DNA of 64,000 bases from Candidatus Sericytochromatia bacterium (GTDB lineage: Bacteria > Cyanobacteriota > Sericytochromatia > S15B-MN24 > UBA4093). The notes under the pieces were generated by a model. It was not told where the DNA came from. It ran no database searches and was given only the letters and a program-made list of their open reading frames with translations. This document shows, piece by piece, positions 59,438-64,000 of this stretch. Location: positions 1 through 64,000 of the forward strand of contig JAKFBU010000047.1 of NCBI GenBank assembly GCA_036676985.1, given 5' to 3'. Both the position numbers and the translations under genes were made by a program. Position 1 is the first letter of the stretch; each line of letters opens with the position of its first letter.

Positions 59438-59465
59438 GCGGCCTCCCCGGGCTCGGGGAGGCCGC
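59438..59465. terminator. Hairpin between tmk and the Cys-peptide genes
   Basis: gcggcctccccg-ggct-cggggaggccgc. Confidence 0.7.
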
Positions 59466-59472
59466 TGCTCTG

Positions 59473-59796
59473 TTAGTCCGCCTCGTCGCCACCGCCACCA
59501 CCACGATAGAAGTATCCCGTGCCCAGCGCGTTGATGCACGTGGTCCGGCGCGCCCGGCAAACCCGTCGGGCGGTCCGGTAGCCCAGGCTGTAGCGCAGGG
59601 TCCCCATGCAGTTCCAGTAACGGGCGCGGCAAATCTGGACTCCGGTGCCGCCCTCGTACTGCTGGACGGCTCGTGACCCGACGGACGACGTCTCCGGGGC
59701 CGTCGGGCCGGTGGCCGCGACGTTGGGGCCACAGCCCGAGAGGGCCGTCATGGCGACCAACCCGATGCCGAGCATGAGTTTGCGAGTGCCGTTCAT
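59473..59796 (-). CDS. Lipoprotein-signal precursor with VQQ motif and CX6C-X16-CX6C core
   Basis: Lipobox LSGC, RAVQQYEGGTG, CRARYWNC...CRARRTTC. Confidence 0.8.
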   Translation of the reverse strand: MNGTRKLMLGIGLVAMTALSGCGPNVAATGPTAPETSSVGSRAVQQYEGGTGVQICRARYWNCMGTLRYSLGYRTARRVCRARRTTCINALGTGYFYRGGGGGDEAD

Positions 59797-59819
59797 GCGT
59801 CACCCCCTCATTTGCAGGA

Positions 59820-59847
59820 CGACGATCGGCCGCGAGGCCGATCGTCG
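59820..59847. other. Perfect intergenic stem-loop between the tandem peptide genes
   Basis: cgacgatcggcc-gcga-ggccgatcgtcg. Confidence 0.7.
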
Positions 59848-59854
59848 ATTGCCG

Positions 59855-60145
59855 CTAGCGCGAGCGGTAGAAGAAGCCCTCGCCGAGGGCGTTGATACAG
59901 GTGGACCGCCGCTGAGCGCAGACGCCGAGCGCCTGATCGCCCAGGCTCGGAACGAGCTGGACGAGGCAGTTACGGTAGCGGGTCTGGCAGATCTCCGTGC
60001 CGGTTCCGCCCTCGTACTGCTGGACCTGGAAGCCGCTCGTATTCGCCGTGACCTGGGTCGGCTGGCTGGAAGTGACCGTCGCGGGGCCGCACCCCAGCAG
60101 TCCGACCGTCGCCAGCAGACCAAAACCCAACATATGCCGTGTCAT
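59855..60145 (-). CDS. Lipoprotein-signal precursor with VQQ motif and CX6C-X15-CX6C core (paralog)
   Basis: AAGGAGG SD, lipobox LLGC, FQVQQYEGGTG, CQTRYRNC...CAQRRSTC. Confidence 0.8.
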   Translation of the reverse strand: MTRHMLGFGLLATVGLLGCGPATVTSSQPTQVTANTSGFQVQQYEGGTGTEICQTRYRNCLVQLVPSLGDQALGVCAQRRSTCINALGEGFFYRSR

Positions 60146-60342
60146 GCATCTTCCTCCTTCCGGCTAGGTGAATGAAGATGACAGGTACAGGTCTGCCGCG
60201 CACCTCAAGAGCAGGCGGCAGGTGACACGATCGTTTTTTCAGTGCCGGAATGATGAAGATTTTTCAGGTCATCTTCAAGAGGCAGGCGGCCCTTCGCGCG
60301 TCGTGGGGCTGGGAGCGCCGGCGCTCCCAGGTGGACATCGCG

Positions 60343-62154
60343 CTAGGTTCGGACGGAGGCAGGGGCGAACTGCTCGCGGTAGAGCTGCTCGTAGAGCCCG
60401 CCCCGTGCCAGCAGCTCGGAGTGCGTGCCGCGGTCTACGATGCGGCCGTCCTGCATCACGAGGATGAGGTCCGCATGCAGGATGGTCGAGAGGCGATGCG
60501 CGATGGCGAGCGTCGTCCGGCCCTGCATGACCGTGTTGAGGGCCTGCTGGATGAGCGTCTCGGAGTGGGAGTCCAGGCTCGAGGTGGCCTCGTCCAGGAT
60601 GAGCACCCGCGGCGACTTGAGGATGACGCGCGCGAGTGCCAGGCGCTGCTTCTCGCCGCCTGACATGCGGTAGCCCCGCTCGCCCACCACCGAGTCGTAG
60701 CCCTCGGGCAGGCTCGCGATGAGGTCGTGGATGTTGGCCGCACGACAGGCCGCCTCGAGCTCCTCCTGCGTGGCGTCGGGCTTGGCGTAGAGCAGATTCT
60801 CGCGGATGGTCGTGTGGAACAAAAAGGGCTCCTGCGTGACCACGCCGATCTGGGCCTCCAGGCTCTCGAGCGTGACGTCCCGGACGTCGAGCCCATCCAG
60901 GAGGACCCGCCCCTCGTCCGGATCGTAGAAGCGGGGAATCAGGTAGCTGAGGCTCGTCTTGCCCGCCCCCGAGGGCCCCACGACCGCGACCAGCGAGCCC
61001 GGGGCCGCCGTGAAGTCGATGTCCGTAAGGAGCGTCCGATCCTCGCGGTAGCGGAAGCTCACATGCTCGAAGCGCAGCTCGCCCTCGACGCGCGAGAGGG
61101 TCCGGGCGCCCGGACGGTCCTGGATCGCCGGCACCAGGTCCAAGACGGTGAAGATCCGCTCGAAGACGGCGAGGGCCGACATGACCTCCACGTGCACGTT
61201 GGCGAGCGCCGAGACGGGCGAGTAGAGGCGGCCCAGGTAGGCGACGAAGGCCACCAGCGTGCCCACCGTGAGGGCACCGCTCACGATGAGGTGGCCGCCG
61301 TACCAGTAGATGATGGCGGGGCCCAGGGCCGAGAACAGGCCGAGCGCCAGCGTGAACCAACGCCACAAGAGGGACCGCCGGATCTGGATGTCGCGCAGCT
61401 CCAGGCTCAGGCCGCTGTAGCGATCGCGCTCCCGCTTGCGGTTGCCGAACACCCGGCGCATCAGGAAGCCGTTGATGCTCATGGCGTCCTGCACGTAGGA
61501 GGTGAGGTCCGCCTTCTTCTCCTGGGACTGGGTGACGATCTTCTGGCGCAGGCGCCCCACCCACCGGGCGGGCAGGATGAAGAGCGGGAGGATGGCGATG
61601 GCCAAGAGCGCCAGGCGCCACTCGAGCATGAAGACGATGACCAGCGTCGAGAGGACCGTCAGGACGTTGTTGGAGATGGCGAGCACCGTGTCCGAGAACA
61701 CGTCCTGCAGGTCGTTGACGTCGTTGTTGAGCCGGCTGGTGATCTCGCCCGGCCGGGTGGCCGTGAAGTAGGCCATGGTCTGCTGCTGCAGCTTGGCGAA
61801 GAGCTGGAGCCGGATGTCGAGCATGATGCCCTGGCTGACGAGCTCGTCCAGGTAGGTCTCGAGCACGCCCAAGAGGCCCACCACCAGCGGCACCACGATC
61901 ATGCCGACGGCGAGCCAGTTGAGGAGCGCCTGGTTGCCGTGGGGCAGGGCGTCGTCGATGAGGGCGCGCAGCAGGAGGGGCGGGATGAGCCCCAGGACGG
62001 CCGTGATGGCGATGACGAGCAGGGTCCACGCCGCGCGGCCCCAGTAAGGCTTGAAGTAGGCGACGATGCGCCGCAGGTGCTCGCGGGAAAGGGTGGCGCG
62101 CTCCGCCTCGGCGCCGAGGCGCCAGGCTCCCCAGTGACTGCTGCCTCCGAGCAT
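60343..62154 (-). CDS. ABC exporter, fused permease/ATPase (MsbA/MdlB-like)
   Basis: GPSGAGKT, MSGGEKQR, ILDEATSSLD, AHRLST; multi-TM N-terminal domain; no C39 domain. Confidence 0.95.
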   Translation of the reverse strand: MLGGSSHWGAWRLGAEAERATLSREHLRRIVAYFKPYWGRAAWTLLVIAITAVLGLIPPLLLRALIDDALPHGNQALLNWLAVGMIVVPLVVGLLGVLETYLDELVSQGIMLDIRLQLFAKLQQQTMAYFTATRPGEITSRLNNDVNDLQDVFSDTVLAISNNVLTVLSTLVIVFMLEWRLALLAIAILPLFILPARWVGRLRQKIVTQSQEKKADLTSYVQDAMSINGFLMRRVFGNRKRERDRYSGLSLELRDIQIRRSLLWRWFTLALGLFSALGPAIIYWYGGHLIVSGALTVGTLVAFVAYLGRLYSPVSALANVHVEVMSALAVFERIFTVLDLVPAIQDRPGARTLSRVEGELRFEHVSFRYREDRTLLTDIDFTAAPGSLVAVVGPSGAGKTSLSYLIPRFYDPDEGRVLLDGLDVRDVTLESLEAQIGVVTQEPFLFHTTIRENLLYAKPDATQEELEAACRAANIHDLIASLPEGYDSVVGERGYRMSGGEKQRLALARVILKSPRVLILDEATSSLDSHSETLIQQALNTVMQGRTTLAIAHRLSTILHADLILVMQDGRIVDRGTHSELLARGGLYEQLYREQFAPASVRT

Positions 62155-62240
62155 GGCCGACCGACTTTCTAGGGCAACGAATGCCGGGATCCAACCTCGC
62201 ACGCTCCAACGCGGATGTCAACGCGCGGTATACTACCGGT

Positions 62241-62774
62241 ATGCTGCTAGGAATCTTGGGGGCGCTTGCGATCGCCCTGTTCATCTACGTCGGATTGGCC
62301 GCCATGCGCGATCCCGAGGCGGGGCTCGGCGAAAACGCCGCCCTGCCCGCCCTCATCGCCCCGCGGCCCCACCTGCTCGACGCCCTCCAGGCGGAGGTCT
62401 TCGCGGTGCTCGAAGAGCCCCTGCGCCGGCTCGGCCTGGTGGTCTTCCCCAAGGTGCGCATGGAGACGGCCTTTACGCCGGGGCGCCTCGCGCACACGGG
62501 GTGGCACCGCATGAAAAACGCGCCGATCGACTTTCTGGTCGTTCGGCGCGAGGGCTTCGAGCCCGTCGGGCTCATCCTCCTCGAGACGGCCCAAAAGGCC
62601 GACTACCTCGAAGAGGAGAACCGTCAAATGAAGGAGAGCGCGATTGCCGAATCCGGAATCCCGCTCTTGAAGCTGTCTTTGGACCCGGACAAGCCCCTCG
62701 GCGAGGCCGCCGAGGACATGCTTGACTGGGTGCGCCAGGTGGTCCTCGGCGCATCCGACCGGACCCGGCCGTAA
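62241..62774 (+). CDS. DUF2726-like membrane-anchored protein
   Basis: N-terminal TM, VFPKVRM, IDFLV and GIPLLK pattern. Confidence 0.7.
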   Translation: MLLGILGALAIALFIYVGLAAMRDPEAGLGENAALPALIAPRPHLLDALQAEVFAVLEEPLRRLGLVVFPKVRMETAFTPGRLAHTGWHRMKNAPIDFLVVRREGFEPVGLILLETAQKADYLEEENRQMKESAIAESGIPLLKLSLDPDKPLGEAAEDMLDWVRQVVLGASDRTRP

Positions 62775-62793
62775 GGGCGGGCCGGCGGGGATC

Positions 62794-63222
62794 CTACTCC
62801 GAAGGCAGCAGGACCCAGGTCGACTTGTTGTAGTCGAAGAACACCATCGAGCGACGGAGCTTCTTGCCGAACTGGTCGTACGGCAGGTAGGGCTCGGCGT
62901 CCTTGATGTCGCCTTCCTGGGTGGTGGTGCCCACGCAGTACTTCTGGCCGTTGACCTCGAAGATGGTCATGACCATGGTCCGCTTGGTGTCCTCGACGTA
63001 CCACAGCTTGTTGTCGGCGACCTCGTACCGCGCGTTGGGGTTTTGCGCGCGGATCTCCGCGGTCCAGGCCTCGGCGAGCGTGTCATCCCACGAGAAGACA
63101 TCGTGGCCGCAGTAGCGGTCCTCGCCCAGCAACTTGGTGACGACGAAAACGCGGGCTTGCCCCTCGGCGTCGGTCTCTTTGACCAGCATGCCGGGTTGGA
63201 GCTCTTGACGATTCAGGTTCAA
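62794..63222 (-). CDS. Hypothetical protein
   Basis: AAGGAGG SD before TTG; GC3-rich coding frame. Confidence 0.7.
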   Translation of the reverse strand: MNLNRQELQPGMLVKETDAEGQARVFVVTKLLGEDRYCGHDVFSWDDTLAEAWTAEIRAQNPNARYEVADNKLWYVEDTKRTMVMTIFEVNGQKYCVGTTTQEGDIKDAEPYLPYDQFGKKLRRSMVFFDYNKSTWVLLPSE

Positions 63223-63438
63223 ATAGCCTCCTTATGCGATTGAAAAAGAACCTTGGGCTATGGGGATCCATTCTATCAAGATCCGGGAGCGTCACAATCG
63301 GACGGACCACTAACAAATTGAGGCAGATCGTCTATGTCTTGGCCAGCGTTTGGGCGTTTTCATGTCGATAGAATGGCTCCACAACTCTATTATAGACCCT
63401 TTTGAGGGCGAACTTGCGAGCAAACCCTCGCCCGGGCG

Positions 63439-63463
63439 GGAACTTGCGGAACCAAGCGCCGTC
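63439..63463 (+). promoter_or_regulatory. Possible ECF sigma promoter
   Basis: GGAAC-N16-CGTC upstream of the M3 peptidase gene. Confidence 0.4.
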
Positions 63464-63507
63464 CGGGTACTCTTATAGCCCACACTTCCGTCGGAAAGGA
63501 TCGTGCC

Positions 63508-64000
63508 ATGGCCAGTCCACACGCTGCTGTGACCCCGTCGCTGCCCCTTGACGGCTCGACCGTCCAGTCGGCCTACGAGCGCCTCGCCGCCCAGCTTCCG
63601 GACCTCCGGGGGCAGGCCGCCTGGGAGGCCTTCCTGGCCGAGTGGAACCGCCTGAAGGAGCGCATCTCGGGCGAGCGCGCCCGGCGCGACTTCAAGGAGG
63701 CCCAGGACACCCGCGACGCGGTGGCGGAAGAAGCCAACCGGCAGATGCGCGAGGACGTCCTGCCCGTGGCCGAGGCCTACGACGCCCGGATCCGGGCGGC
63801 GCTCCTGGCGGCCCCCGAGCGCCCCGAGCTGGAGGCGCGCTACGGCCGGCTGCTCTTCGCGGTCTTCGCCAACGAGCAGGCGGCCTTCGCCGAGCCCAAC
63901 ATTCCCCTCAACGTCGAGGCCGGCGAGCTCACGGCCCGCTACGAGCGCATCCTGGGCGGGGCGGCCATCCCCGTCGACGGCGAGCCCCTGACGCTCACGC
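63508..64000 (+). CDS. M3 family oligoendopeptidase (5' partial; runs off the window; absent from ORF track)
   Basis: Open frame MASPHAAV...QDTRD...NIPLNVEAGELTARYERILGGAAIPVDGEPLTL, typical PepF-like N-terminus; GAAAGGA SD. Confidence 0.75.
   Translation, partial: MASPHAAVTPSLPLDGSTVQSAYERLAAQLPDLRGQAAWEAFLAEWNRLKERISGERARRDFKEAQDTRDAVAEEANRQMREDVLPVAEAYDARIRAALLAAPERPELEARYGRLLFAVFANEQAAFAEPNIPLNVEAGELTARYERILGGAAIPVDGEPLTLT

Noticed and set aside
54596-60145. Cys peptides as radical-SAM or lanthipeptide RiPP precursors
   Set aside because: No rSAM, LanM/LanBC or YcaO genes nearby; lipoprotein signals and adjacent TlpAs favour disulfide chemistry.

Overview
GC-rich bacterial chromosomal window with about 65 genes, mostly housekeeping: Xdh-family molybdoenzyme cluster, comEA/comEC, ylqD-rimM-trmD, folPBK, fmt, lexA, groES/EL with CIRCE, type IV pilus genes, uvrB and tmk. 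I found no rRNA, tRNA, CRISPR array, transposase or phage genes. A cyanobacterial-type GroEL N-terminus and YlqD, together with Firmicutes-like LexA/CIRCE sites, suggest a non-photosynthetic cyanobacterial relative such as Ca. Sericytochromatia (inference). Two candidate novel systems stand out. (1) 21226-26576 is a tight three-gene operon: an HEXXH zinc-peptidase-like protein with leader-like helical repeats, a ComQ-like peptide prenyltransferase, and a ComP-like PDZ/multi-TM receptor whose output is GAF plus a SpoIIE (PP2C) phosphatase instead of a histidine kinase. It may be a rewired prenyl-peptide signalling system. (2) Three lipoprotein-signal precursors (54596-55030, 59473-59796, 59855-60145) share a VQQ motif and a C-terminal CX6C-X15/16-CX6C core, Arg-rich in two of them. 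One lies directly upstream of two TlpA thiol-disulfide oxidoreductases and the other two lie downstream of an ABC exporter. Also notable: a NERD/pseudokinase/kinase receptor overlapping uvrB, a DNA MTase with an altered catalytic motif, and small ORFs missed by the ORF track. All product calls come from motif recognition by eye; no database searches were run.
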